Shown here piece after piece: positions 27,143 to 35,399 of a stretch of DNA of 64,000 bases (the first letter of the stretch is position 1; every line of letters begins with the position of its first letter). The notes below the pieces were generated by a model. It was not told the origin of the DNA. It searched no databases and saw only the letters and a list, made by a program, of their open reading frames with translations. Source of the stretch: Burkholderiales bacterium (GTDB lineage Bacteria; Pseudomonadota; Gammaproteobacteria; Burkholderiales; Burkholderiaceae_C); the NCBI GenBank assembly GCA_038316815.1, contig JBBQAW010000001.1:2189-66188 (forward strand), in the 5' to 3' direction. The translations under genes were made by a program, and so were the position numbers.

Positions 27143-28474
27143 TCAAGGCCGGTAGGTCACGCCGTTGAAGGTCCAGGGTTTGACCAAGTCGCCTGGCTCT
27201 GGAAATTTCTGCGGCGCTTTCATGGTCTGAGAGCTTAAGTATTCCGGGTACGGGGGTTCACCCACTTTGCCGGCCCAACCTGCAGGCAGGAACGGCGGCT
27301 GCTTGGGGATGGCCCAGCCCAGACGGTTGAAGCTGCGCTCGATGAATTCGGGCTTGAAGACCGCCGCGAATTCGTTTTCCGTCAGCGGCGTGCGCATGCG
27401 CTTGTTCTCGAACAGCCAGTTCACGGTGCGCTGGTTCTCGCGGAACCAGAACGCGGTATGCGGGTACAGGTAGGTGGGCTTGAAGAGGTTGTTGTATTCG
27501 GCCACCTGCTGCGTCAACAGCGGGCGCGGCAGCAGGCGCAGGTTCGGCTCTTCCAGCATCGCGTCGACGGTCTTTTCCGGGTTCATCCGGATCCAAAGTT
27601 GCGACTCGACGATGGAATCGGCAATGGCCTGCGCGATGTCGGGCACGTTGTCCACCAACTCCTGGCGAATGTAGGTCACCCCCAGGTACATCATGTACGG
27701 GTAGTGCACGTCGATGGCGCGCCCGGTCTTGCGTTCGTTGATGATCAGCGAGTTGGTGAAGTCCCAAGGCACGACGGCGTCGATGCCTTTGGGCAGCAGG
27801 GCTTGCTCGGGCGGCGGCATGTTGCGAAGCGTTACGTCCTTGCCGATGGTCAGCTTGTTGGCGGCCAGCGTCAGCTGCAGATAGAACTCGCCCGACGAGC
27901 CGGTAGCGATGCCGATGACCCAGGGCTCTTTGGTGGCCGGGTTGCCGCCACGCAGGTCGGTGATGGTCTTCAAGGGCGAATCGTTGGGCACGATCATCTG
28001 GTGGCGCAGGTTGATCGAGTGCAGGGCAATTGCGCGCACCGGCACATTGCGGTCGATCAGCGTGTTCAGCGGAAAGTTGCCACCATTGCCTACTTGCGCA
28101 CGCCCGGAAACGAACACTTCGTTCAGTGTCGGCCCCGACGGGAAGGCCTGGAAATTCGCTTCGATGCCGCGGGATTGCAGCATCTTTTGCTGGTTCATGA
28201 CCACGAAGATGGCGTTCTGGCCCGACCACGGCGGCTGGAATGCCACCGTCATCGGCCACCAGCCCTTGTCTTTCATCCAGGCGATCGACTTCTCGGAGAT
28301 GCGTTCGTACGGTGTCGGCCAGCCCCAGGCGGTGCTGCCGGTGCTGCCGGTGCTGGCGGCGCTTTGCGCCGCTGCGGCCAGCGGCCAGGCCAGGCTGGCT
28401 GCCGCTGCGGTGGCAGCTGCGGCGGCAATCAACTGGCGGCGCGGGGGGCTGAAGTCTGGGGTGCGTTGGCTCAT
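27143..28474 (-). CDS. ABC transporter substrate-binding protein, SsuA/TauA-like, with Tat-type signal
   Basis: RRQLIAAA signal, FPSGPTLNEVF, GIATGSSG and IDAVVPWD; operon context. Confidence 0.8.
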   Translation of the reverse strand: MSQRTPDFSPPRRQLIAAAAATAAAASLAWPLAAAAQSAASTGSTGSTAWGWPTPYERISEKSIAWMKDKGWWPMTVAFQPPWSGQNAIFVVMNQQKMLQSRGIEANFQAFPSGPTLNEVFVSGRAQVGNGGNFPLNTLIDRNVPVRAIALHSINLRHQMIVPNDSPLKTITDLRGGNPATKEPWVIGIATGSSGEFYLQLTLAANKLTIGKDVTLRNMPPPEQALLPKGIDAVVPWDFTNSLIINERKTGRAIDVHYPYMMYLGVTYIRQELVDNVPDIAQAIADSIVESQLWIRMNPEKTVDAMLEEPNLRLLPRPLLTQQVAEYNNLFKPTYLYPHTAFWFRENQRTVNWLFENKRMRTPLTENEFAAVFKPEFIERSFNRLGWAIPKQPPFLPAGWAGKVGEPPYPEYLSSQTMKAPQKFPEPGDLVKPWTFNGVTYRP

Positions 28475-28503
28475 GCGTTTCTCCTGGTGGGGTGATGGGA
28501 CGG

Positions 28504-28592
28504 GGGACTTTTCGTGGGCTCTCTAGGGGCTCTCTATGGGCTTTTCATGGGCTCTTCATGGCTGTCTGCGGGCCATCTGCGGCCTCTTCTGG
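28504..28592. repeat. Degenerate 11-bp tandem array (GGGCTCTCTAT-like)
   Basis: gggctctctag gggctctctat gggcttttcat gggctcttcat ... Confidence 0.75.
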
Positions 28593-28612
28593 AACACACG
28601 TGCGTCGCGGCA

Positions 28613-30061
28613 TCAGCCCGACAACGTGATCTCAGCGCCTGCATAGCGCACGCTGGCACGCTGCAGGTCGTTGCGGGATTCGAGAAAGCGCAGCAGCTCC
28701 ATCAGCGGCGTGGTGCTCAGCCGCGGTGGTGTGGCCAGCGGCTGCAGCGCGTCGATGAGGGAACGGTCGTAAAACGCGGCCAGCAACAGGTCTTCGTCGC
28801 TGGCCGAGGCCCCCAGTTGCTGGCGCAGGCGGGGCAAGGCGGGTGGCAGCGCTGCTGCAGGCGCCGCAGTAGACACGTCGCCTGGGCGAATGCGCGCGCG
28901 GTCCATGAATTCGGCTGAAGGCTGGGCGGCCAGCCGGCCGTAGCCGCCCAACGCATAGCGGCGCACCTCGTCGGGAATGGTCTTGTAGCGCTCGCCCTGC
29001 ACCACGTTCAGAACGGCCTGGGTGACGATGTACTGCGCGAAGGGGCTGACCAAGATCGGGTAGCCCAGGTCGCGGCGCACTCGCGCCGTCTCTTCCAGTA
29101 TCTCGGGCAGCCGGTGCCCCATCTGCATCGCTGCCAGCTGCGACTTCAGGTTGCTGATCATCCCGCCCGGCACTTGGTGATCGAACAGCGCGGGGTCGCA
29201 GGGCTGCGGCCGGCCGCGTGGCAGGCCTTCGCGTTCGGCCAACAGCGCGAAATAGGCGCTGACTTCGGCCAGCGCGCTGCGGTCGATGCCGGTGTGAACG
29301 CCCAGTGCGCGTGCGCGGTCGTCAACATCTTCGGCTGCCGGCAGCGACGCACCGTTGGCCAGCGGCTGCACCGCCGTGTGGCCATAGCGGATGCCGCAAC
29401 GCATGGCCACCGCGTGCACGTCGGGCGCCTGGGCAGACTGGCAGTGCGTGTGCAGTTGCACCGGCGTGCCGGCGGCGGCGGCAACGATGGCTGGAAAAAG
29501 TGTCTCGGCCCGCTTGACGGTCAGCAGGCCGGTGGGATCTTTGACGCTGATGAAGTCGGCCTTCAACGCCACCAGCTCGCGCGTGCGCTGGCTAAAAAAA
29601 GCGTCGTCGTGCACAGGCGACAAGGCATAGACCAGCATCGCATTGACCTGCATGCCGGCTTCATGCGCCGAGCTCACCGATGACGCGATGTTGCGCATGT
29701 CGTTCAGCGCGTCGTACACGGTCAGCACCTTCAGGCCACGCCGCGCCAGCACCTTTGAATTCAGCGCCACCACGTCGTCGGGGAACAGCTCGAAGGTGTA
29801 CAGACTCTGCCCGCGCGTCAGCCCGTCGCAGGGCGTGCGCAACTGGCTGCACAGCAGGCCCACGCGTTCCCAGGGGTTCTCGCGCAGGAAGCGCACCTGC
29901 ACGTCGAACACCGCGCCGCCCAGGATGTTGATGAAGGCGTAGCCCACCTGGTCGATGGCCCAGAGGATGGGCGTCATCATCGGCGTGGTCATGCGCGTGG
30001 ACCACAGGCACTGGTGCGCGTCGCGCAGCGTGACGTCGACGAGTCCGTACTGGCGGGTCAT
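28613..30061 (-). CDS. Carboxyltransferase subunit, pyruvate carboxylase/oxaloacetate decarboxylase-alpha fold, without biotinyl domain
   Basis: DVTLRDAHQCLWSTRM, ENPWER, KDPTG, HTH metal ligands, QVPGGMISNL and LGYPILVSPFAQ. Confidence 0.85.
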   Translation of the reverse strand: MTRQYGLVDVTLRDAHQCLWSTRMTTPMMTPILWAIDQVGYAFINILGGAVFDVQVRFLRENPWERVGLLCSQLRTPCDGLTRGQSLYTFELFPDDVVALNSKVLARRGLKVLTVYDALNDMRNIASSVSSAHEAGMQVNAMLVYALSPVHDDAFFSQRTRELVALKADFISVKDPTGLLTVKRAETLFPAIVAAAAGTPVQLHTHCQSAQAPDVHAVAMRCGIRYGHTAVQPLANGASLPAAEDVDDRARALGVHTGIDRSALAEVSAYFALLAEREGLPRGRPQPCDPALFDHQVPGGMISNLKSQLAAMQMGHRLPEILEETARVRRDLGYPILVSPFAQYIVTQAVLNVVQGERYKTIPDEVRRYALGGYGRLAAQPSAEFMDRARIRPGDVSTAAPAAALPPALPRLRQQLGASASDEDLLLAAFYDRSLIDALQPLATPPRLSTTPLMELLRFLESRNDLQRASVRYAGAEITLSG

Positions 30062-31437
30062 GCGGGCTGCTCCAGCATGAAAGCTTCGACGAAGCGCGTG
30101 TGCACGGCGCCGCGGCGGAAGGCGTCGCTGTCGATCAGCCGCGCGATGAAGCCGGCGGTGGTGGCCACGCCGTCGACCTGCAGTTCGGCCAGCGCGCGTC
30201 GCATGCGGGCCAGCGCTTCGTCGCGGTCGCGGCCCCAGGCGATGATCTTGGCGATGAGCGAGTCGTAGTACGGCACCACCTGCATGCCGGCGCGCAGGTG
30301 CGAATCGACTCGGATGCCCGGCCCACCCGGAAAGTGCAGCGCGGTGATGCGGCCCGGGCTGGGCGCGAAGCCGCGCTGCGGGTCTTCAGCATTGATGCGG
30401 CATTCAATGGCGTGGCCCTGCATCTGCACGTCGGCCTGACGCAACGACAGCATGGCGCCGCCGGCGATGCGAATCTGCTCTTTCACGATGTCGATGCCGG
30501 TGACGCATTCGGTCACCGGGTGCTCGACCTGGATGCGCGTGTTCATCTCCATGAAGAAGAAGGCGTTGCTGGCCGGGTCGACGATGCATTCGACGGTGCC
30601 GGCGCTTCGGTAGCCCACGTGCCGCGCCAGTTGCACGGCCGCGTCACCCATGGCCTGGCGCAGGGCCGGCAGCAGCGCCGGGCAAGGGCTTTCCTCTACC
30701 AGCTTCTGGTTGCGGCGCTGCGATGAACAGTCACGCTCGCCCAGGTGCAGCACGGTGTCGCCATCGGACAAAATCTGGATCTCGACATGCCGGATGCCAG
30801 TGAGGAACTTCTCGACATACACCGCGCCGTCGCCGAAGGCTGCACGCGCTTCGTGTACGGCAGCGTCGAAGTGGCCGGCCAGATCGGCCTCGGCCTGCAC
30901 CACGCGCATGCCACGCCCGCCGCCACCGGCAACAGCTTTCAGGATGACCGGGTAGCCCAATTCGGCGGCCACGGCGCGGGCAGCTTCTGCGTTGGCCAGC
31001 GTGCCGCTGGAGCCGGGTGTGACGGGCATGCCGGCTTCACGGGCCATCTCGCGGGCGCGGGCCTTGTCGCCCATCATGGCAATGGCGTCGGCCGGCGGGC
31101 CGATGAAGGTCAGGCCGTGGGCGTCGCACAGGCGCGCGAAGCCGGCGTTCTCGGACAGGAAGCCGTAACCCGGGTGCACCGCGTCGGCGCCCAACGCCAG
31201 TGCGGCTTGCACGATCAGGTCGCCACGCAGGTAGCTGTCGCTGCTGCGCGGCGGGCCGATGCAGACGGCGCGGTCGGCCATCTGTACAGCCATCGAGTCG
31301 CGGTCGGCTTCGGAATACACCTGCACGGTGGGCAAGCCCAGTTCATGGCAGGCGCGGTGGATGCGCACCGCGATCTCGCCGCGGTTGGCCACCAGCACGC
31401 GCTGCAGCGGGCGGGGGGCGATAGCGGCGGACGTCAT
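30058..31437 (-). CDS. Biotin carboxylase subunit
   Basis: ANRGEIA, HPGYGFLSEN, GGGGRG, RDCSSQRRNQK, EMNTRIQVEHPVTE and YYDSLIAK. Confidence 0.93.
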   Translation of the reverse strand: MTSAAIAPRPLQRVLVANRGEIAVRIHRACHELGLPTVQVYSEADRDSMAVQMADRAVCIGPPRSSDSYLRGDLIVQAALALGADAVHPGYGFLSENAGFARLCDAHGLTFIGPPADAIAMMGDKARAREMAREAGMPVTPGSSGTLANAEAARAVAAELGYPVILKAVAGGGGRGMRVVQAEADLAGHFDAAVHEARAAFGDGAVYVEKFLTGIRHVEIQILSDGDTVLHLGERDCSSQRRNQKLVEESPCPALLPALRQAMGDAAVQLARHVGYRSAGTVECIVDPASNAFFFMEMNTRIQVEHPVTECVTGIDIVKEQIRIAGGAMLSLRQADVQMQGHAIECRINAEDPQRGFAPSPGRITALHFPGGPGIRVDSHLRAGMQVVPYYDSLIAKIIAWGRDRDEALARMRRALAELQVDGVATTAGFIARLIDSDAFRRGAVHTRFVEAFMLEQPA

Positions 31438-31447
31438 GGCTGCAGCT

Positions 31448-31990
31448 TCAGGCCGGAGCAACCGTGGGGCTGATGACCACCAGCGGCTGGCCGAATTCGA
31501 CCAGTTGTCCGTCGGCCACCAGGACCTGGCTGACGACGCCAGCGTGTTCTGCATGCACGGCGTTCATCAGCTTCATCACTTCGACGATGCACAGCTGCTG
31601 GCCAGCCTCAACGTGCTGACCCGGCTGCACGTAAGGCGCGGCGCCGGGTTCGGGGGCGCGGTAGACGGTGCCCATCATCGGTGCCGTCACCACGTGCGCG
31701 CCTGGCGGTGTGTGCAGGACGGGTGCCTGGGTCGCTTGCGTCTCCGCAGCAACAGGTTGTTGCGCAGGCCATTCAGCCGCTTCGGTCGCGCCGGCCGAAG
31801 TGGGCGCGGGCGCTGGCGTCGAGGCGGGCACCCCTGCGGGAGTGGCCGGCCCACCGCGCCGAAGTTCGATCTCCAGGCCACCCGAACGCAGCTTCAATTC
31901 GCTGAAGCGAGACGAGCTCTGGATCAGTTCCACCAACTGCAGAACGTCCTGGAAACTGAGCGGGCCGGCGGGGGAAGAAACGGGTGACAT
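31448..31990 (-). CDS. Biotin carboxyl carrier protein
   Basis: Pro/Ala linker, APMMGTVYRAPEPGA and biotinylation motif EVMKLMN. Confidence 0.92.
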   Translation of the reverse strand: MSPVSSPAGPLSFQDVLQLVELIQSSSRFSELKLRSGGLEIELRRGGPATPAGVPASTPAPAPTSAGATEAAEWPAQQPVAAETQATQAPVLHTPPGAHVVTAPMMGTVYRAPEPGAAPYVQPGQHVEAGQQLCIVEVMKLMNAVHAEHAGVVSQVLVADGQLVEFGQPLVVISPTVAPA

Positions 31991-32070
31991 TTCGGCTGCA
32001 AAAAACAGAAAACTTGGCTGGAAGAAATTCTTGCATGTGCAATTTAGCACCGCAATAATGGAATTCTGCG

Positions 32071-32085
32071 GTCCGTTTTCCGGAA
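32071..32085. promoter_or_regulatory. Operator-like palindrome GTCCG-TTTTC-CGGAA in the carboxylase/BKACE divergent promoter
   Basis: 12 of 15 identical to the site at 11004-11018. Confidence 0.55.
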
Positions 32086-32146
32086 TCCAATGGGGCGAAC
32101 CCCTATGCAACATCCACCGCCTCGTCGTCAAGGCAGCAAGGACACC

Positions 32147-32989
32147 ATGACCCACCCTGTCGTCATCACCGTTGCCATCACAGGCGCTCTGCCCCGAAAG
32201 AAAGACAACCCGGCAGTGCCGGTGACACCGGCCGAGCAGATCGAGTCCACGCACGAGGCTTTCGAGGCTGGCGCGTCGCTGGTACACGTGCACGTGCGCA
32301 ACCCCGACGAGAGCCCCAGCTCCGACCCTGAACTGTTCGCCCGCGTGCAGGAAGGCGTGCGCAAGCACTGCCCGGGCATGATCATGCAGTTCAGCACCGG
32401 CGGCCGTGGGCGCGACCAGGCGGCGCGTGCTTCCATGCTGCATCTGAAGCCGGACATGGCTTCACTGGCCACCGGCTCGGTGAACTTCCCGGCCAGCATC
32501 TACGAGAACCCGCCCGAGTTCGTCGAAGGCCTGGCGCGCACCATGCGCGACAACGGCATCAAGCCCGAGATCGAGGTCTTCGACCTGGCGATGCTTTACA
32601 ACGCCGCCAACCTGGCAAAGAAGGGGCTGATCGAAGGGCCGCTGCACGTTCAGTTCGTGCTGGGCATCGCCAACGCGCTGCCGGCGCGCCGCCAGGTGTT
32701 CGACTTCCTGCGCGCCGAGCTGGCCGAGCTGCTGCCCGACGCCACCTGGGTGGCTGCCGGCACCGGCCGCTGGCAGTGGGAGGTGAACCAGTGGTGCCTG
32801 GAAGCAGGCGGCCATGTGCGCACTGGCCTGGAAGACAACCTGCGTTACGACCCCACCCGGCTGGCCGCCAGCAATGCCGAACTGGTGGCCAAGGTGGCCG
32901 AGGCCTGCGAGCGGCATGGCCGGCACGTGGCCACGCCTGCCGAGGCGCGCAGGGTTCTTGGGTTGCCGGCTGCGGCCATGGCCGCTTAA
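32147..32989 (+). CDS. Beta-keto acid cleavage enzyme (BKACE/DUF849, Kce-like)
   Basis: ITVAITGA, Zn-binding HVHVR, STGGRG and GGHVRTGLEDN. Confidence 0.92.
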   Translation: MTHPVVITVAITGALPRKKDNPAVPVTPAEQIESTHEAFEAGASLVHVHVRNPDESPSSDPELFARVQEGVRKHCPGMIMQFSTGGRGRDQAARASMLHLKPDMASLATGSVNFPASIYENPPEFVEGLARTMRDNGIKPEIEVFDLAMLYNAANLAKKGLIEGPLHVQFVLGIANALPARRQVFDFLRAELAELLPDATWVAAGTGRWQWEVNQWCLEAGGHVRTGLEDNLRYDPTRLAASNAELVAKVAEACERHGRHVATPAEARRVLGLPAAAMAA

Positions 32990-33006
32990 CGGGGTTTAGC
33001 GGCGGT

Positions 33007-33127
33007 ATTGACGCAGAACTACGGCCGAACTAACGCCGGACTAACGCCGGACTAAGGCCGGACTAACGCCAGACCAATGCTGTACTAACGCTGCCCTAAC
33101 GCCGAACTAACGCCGAACTAACGCCGT
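33007..33127. repeat. Degenerate 11-bp tandem array (ACTAACGCCGG, about 10-11 units) between convergent genes
   Basis: Read directly from the sequence. Confidence 0.9.
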
Positions 33128-33147
33128 ACGCTGCCGGGCGCGCTGTG

Positions 33148-34761
33148 TCAGCCGCGGCCAGCGTCCTGGCGGATCATGTCCACGGCTTTCTCGGCCATCA
33201 TGACCACCGGCCCATTGGTGTTGCCCGAGACCAGCGTGGGCATGGCTGAACAGTCCACCACACGCAAGCCCGCCACGCCGCGCACACGCAGGCGTTCGTC
33301 CAGCACCGCCATCGCGTCCGTGCCCATCTTGCAAGTGCCGCTGGGGTGGAAGATGGTGGCGCCGTTGTCGCGGCAGAACTCCAGCAGCGCTTCATCGCTG
33401 TCGGCCTCTGGACCGGGCTTGACTTCGCGCCGCACGAACGGGCGCATGGCAGCACTGGCCGCGATGGCACGCGCTGCCCTCACGCCGGCCACCGTGGTGC
33501 GGCGGTCCAGGTCGGTGGACAGGTAATTGGGCTGCATTTCCGGCGGTTCGAACGGGTCGGTGCTGCGAATGCGCACATGCCCGCGCGACTCGGGCCGCAA
33601 TTGGCAGGTGGACATCGTGAAGCCCGAGAACGGATGTACCTTGCCGCCGGCCATGTCGGCCGACAGCGTGGCGACATGAAACTGGATGTCGGGCCGGTCG
33701 GCTTCGGGCAAGGCGCGCATGAAGCATCCACCCTGGTTGATGCCCACTGCCACCGGCCCGGTGCGGTGCAACAGCCACTGCAGGCCCACACGGGCCTGCC
33801 CGAACAGCGAACGCAACTGGTCGTTGGTGGTGGGGCCGGTGGCCTCCAGCGTCACGCGAATCTGCAGGTGGTCCTGCAAGTTCTCACCGACCCCGGGCAA
33901 GTGATGCACCACAGCGATGCCGTGCCGCTGCAGCAGGTCGGCCGGGCCGATGCCCGACAACTGCAGCAGCTGCGGCGACTGCAAGGCGCCGGCCGCCAGC
34001 AGCACGTCGCCGCGCGAATGGGCCTGGCGCATCAAGCCGCCCTGCCGCCACTCGACGCCTGTGGCACGCTGTCCATCCATCAGCAGCCGGGAGGCAAATG
34101 CGCGCGTTTCGATGCGCAGGTTGGGCCGCCCGCGCGCCGGCCGCAGGTAGGCCGTGGCAGTGCTGCAGCGCCAGCCCTTGTGGGTGGTCAACTGGTAGTA
34201 GCCGGCGCCTTCCTGCTGGCCGGTGTTGAAGTCGTCGGTCGAAGGCACGCCCTGTTCGCCGGCACCGGCGATGAAAGCATCGATCAGCGGGTTGCGCGCC
34301 CCGATGTCCGATACCTTCAGCGGCCCGTCGCCACCGTGGTGCCTGCTGGCGCCGCGCTGGTTGCCTTCGGACCGGATGAAGTAGGGCAGCACGCTGTCCC
34401 AGCCCCAGCCGGCATTGCCCAGCGCTGCCCAGCCGTCGTAGTCTTGCCGCTGGCCGCGGATGTAGATCAGGCCGTTGATGGCGCTGCTGCCCCCGAGCGT
34501 CTTGCCACGCGGCCAATAGACGCGCCGGCCGTTCATGTTGGGGTCGGGGTCGGTGTAATAACGCCAATTCAGCGTCGAGCTCCACATCGTCTTGCCATAA
34601 CCGATAGGCAGGTGGATCCAGGGCGATGTGTCGCGCGGCCCGGCTTCGAGCAGCAGCACGCGCACTGCAGGGTCTTCACTCAGCCGCCCGGCCAGCACGC
34701 AGCCTGCGGAACCCGCGCCAACGACGATGTGGTCATAGGTGTCGTCAGCCGGCTGGGGCAT
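33148..34761 (-). CDS. GMC family FAD oxidoreductase (choline dehydrogenase-like), possibly isethionate dehydrogenase IseJ
   Basis: GAGSAG, RGKTLGGSSAIN, GENLQDH, FHPSGTC and GNTNGP. The IseJ assignment rests on family and sulfonate context only. Confidence 0.85.
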   Translation of the reverse strand: MPQPADDTYDHIVVGAGSAGCVLAGRLSEDPAVRVLLLEAGPRDTSPWIHLPIGYGKTMWSSTLNWRYYTDPDPNMNGRRVYWPRGKTLGGSSAINGLIYIRGQRQDYDGWAALGNAGWGWDSVLPYFIRSEGNQRGASRHHGGDGPLKVSDIGARNPLIDAFIAGAGEQGVPSTDDFNTGQQEGAGYYQLTTHKGWRCSTATAYLRPARGRPNLRIETRAFASRLLMDGQRATGVEWRQGGLMRQAHSRGDVLLAAGALQSPQLLQLSGIGPADLLQRHGIAVVHHLPGVGENLQDHLQIRVTLEATGPTTNDQLRSLFGQARVGLQWLLHRTGPVAVGINQGGCFMRALPEADRPDIQFHVATLSADMAGGKVHPFSGFTMSTCQLRPESRGHVRIRSTDPFEPPEMQPNYLSTDLDRRTTVAGVRAARAIAASAAMRPFVRREVKPGPEADSDEALLEFCRDNGATIFHPSGTCKMGTDAMAVLDERLRVRGVAGLRVVDCSAMPTLVSGNTNGPVVMMAEKAVDMIRQDAGRG

Positions 34762-35080
34762 GGTGCTGGGGCAGTCTTTCGAAGAGTGCAGCCCCGGTGA
34801 AGCCACGTCAGGCCAAAATGATAGGGCTCTGACTTCCGGTACACAACGTTCCGTTTTTTGTGTTTACCCCAGTTTCAGATCGTCTGGACTTGAGGGTCAC
34901 GCTCGGAAGCCTGACAACCTCTTGTTCTGTGGCGGGCAGACCGGTGTGCCCCGCGCCAGTCATGGCGTCTTCGGCTGGCGAGAAAAGTCTGTTCATCAGG
35001 TAGCGCTGTTGAACAACGGCATGCTGAGCCTGTGCCCCAACCTGCAGTTCGACGACAGCGCGGGTGCCACAGGCCTCTGT

Positions 35081-35162
35081 GACGTCAATCTGCGACGTCA
35101 ATCTGCGACGTCGATCTGCAACGTCGATCTGCGACGAGGATCAGCGACAACCATCAGCAACG
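35081..35162. repeat. Degenerate 13-bp tandem array (GACGTCAATCTGC, about 6 units)
   Basis: Read directly from the sequence. Confidence 0.85.
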
Positions 35163-35399
35163 ACGGCTGGGTGATCGTCGGCTTGTCGAACGGCTCCTAC
35201 CCAGTCCCCTTCGGCCGTGGTAGCGGTGTTCGAGCAGCGGCTTAACCCACAGCGCGGGCTTGATGACGGGCGCGGTTGGCTGCAGTCCAGGCCGATGTCC
35301 GCTCCGAGATTGAAGGGCGGCACGAAGCACTGCAAGAAGCGGCGCATGTGCCGCATGTGCCGCGTGTGCCGCACCTGCCGGACCTAAACTCTGCTGCAG

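Noticed and set aside
28613-31990. Housekeeping acetyl-CoA carboxylase (accBC) or Na+-pumping oxaloacetate decarboxylase
   Set aside because: The partner is a PC-fold carboxyltransferase, not AccA/AccD, and there are no OadB/OadG membrane subunits.
33007-33127. Possible CRISPR array (also considered for 11086-11212, 17819-17928 and 35081-35162)
   Set aside because: Units are 11-13 bp, directly adjacent, with no unique spacers and no cas genes.
34739-35245. 168-aa plus-strand ORF upstream of the second SulP
   Set aside because: Much of it is the 13-bp repeat and the GMC promoter region; no convincing family match.
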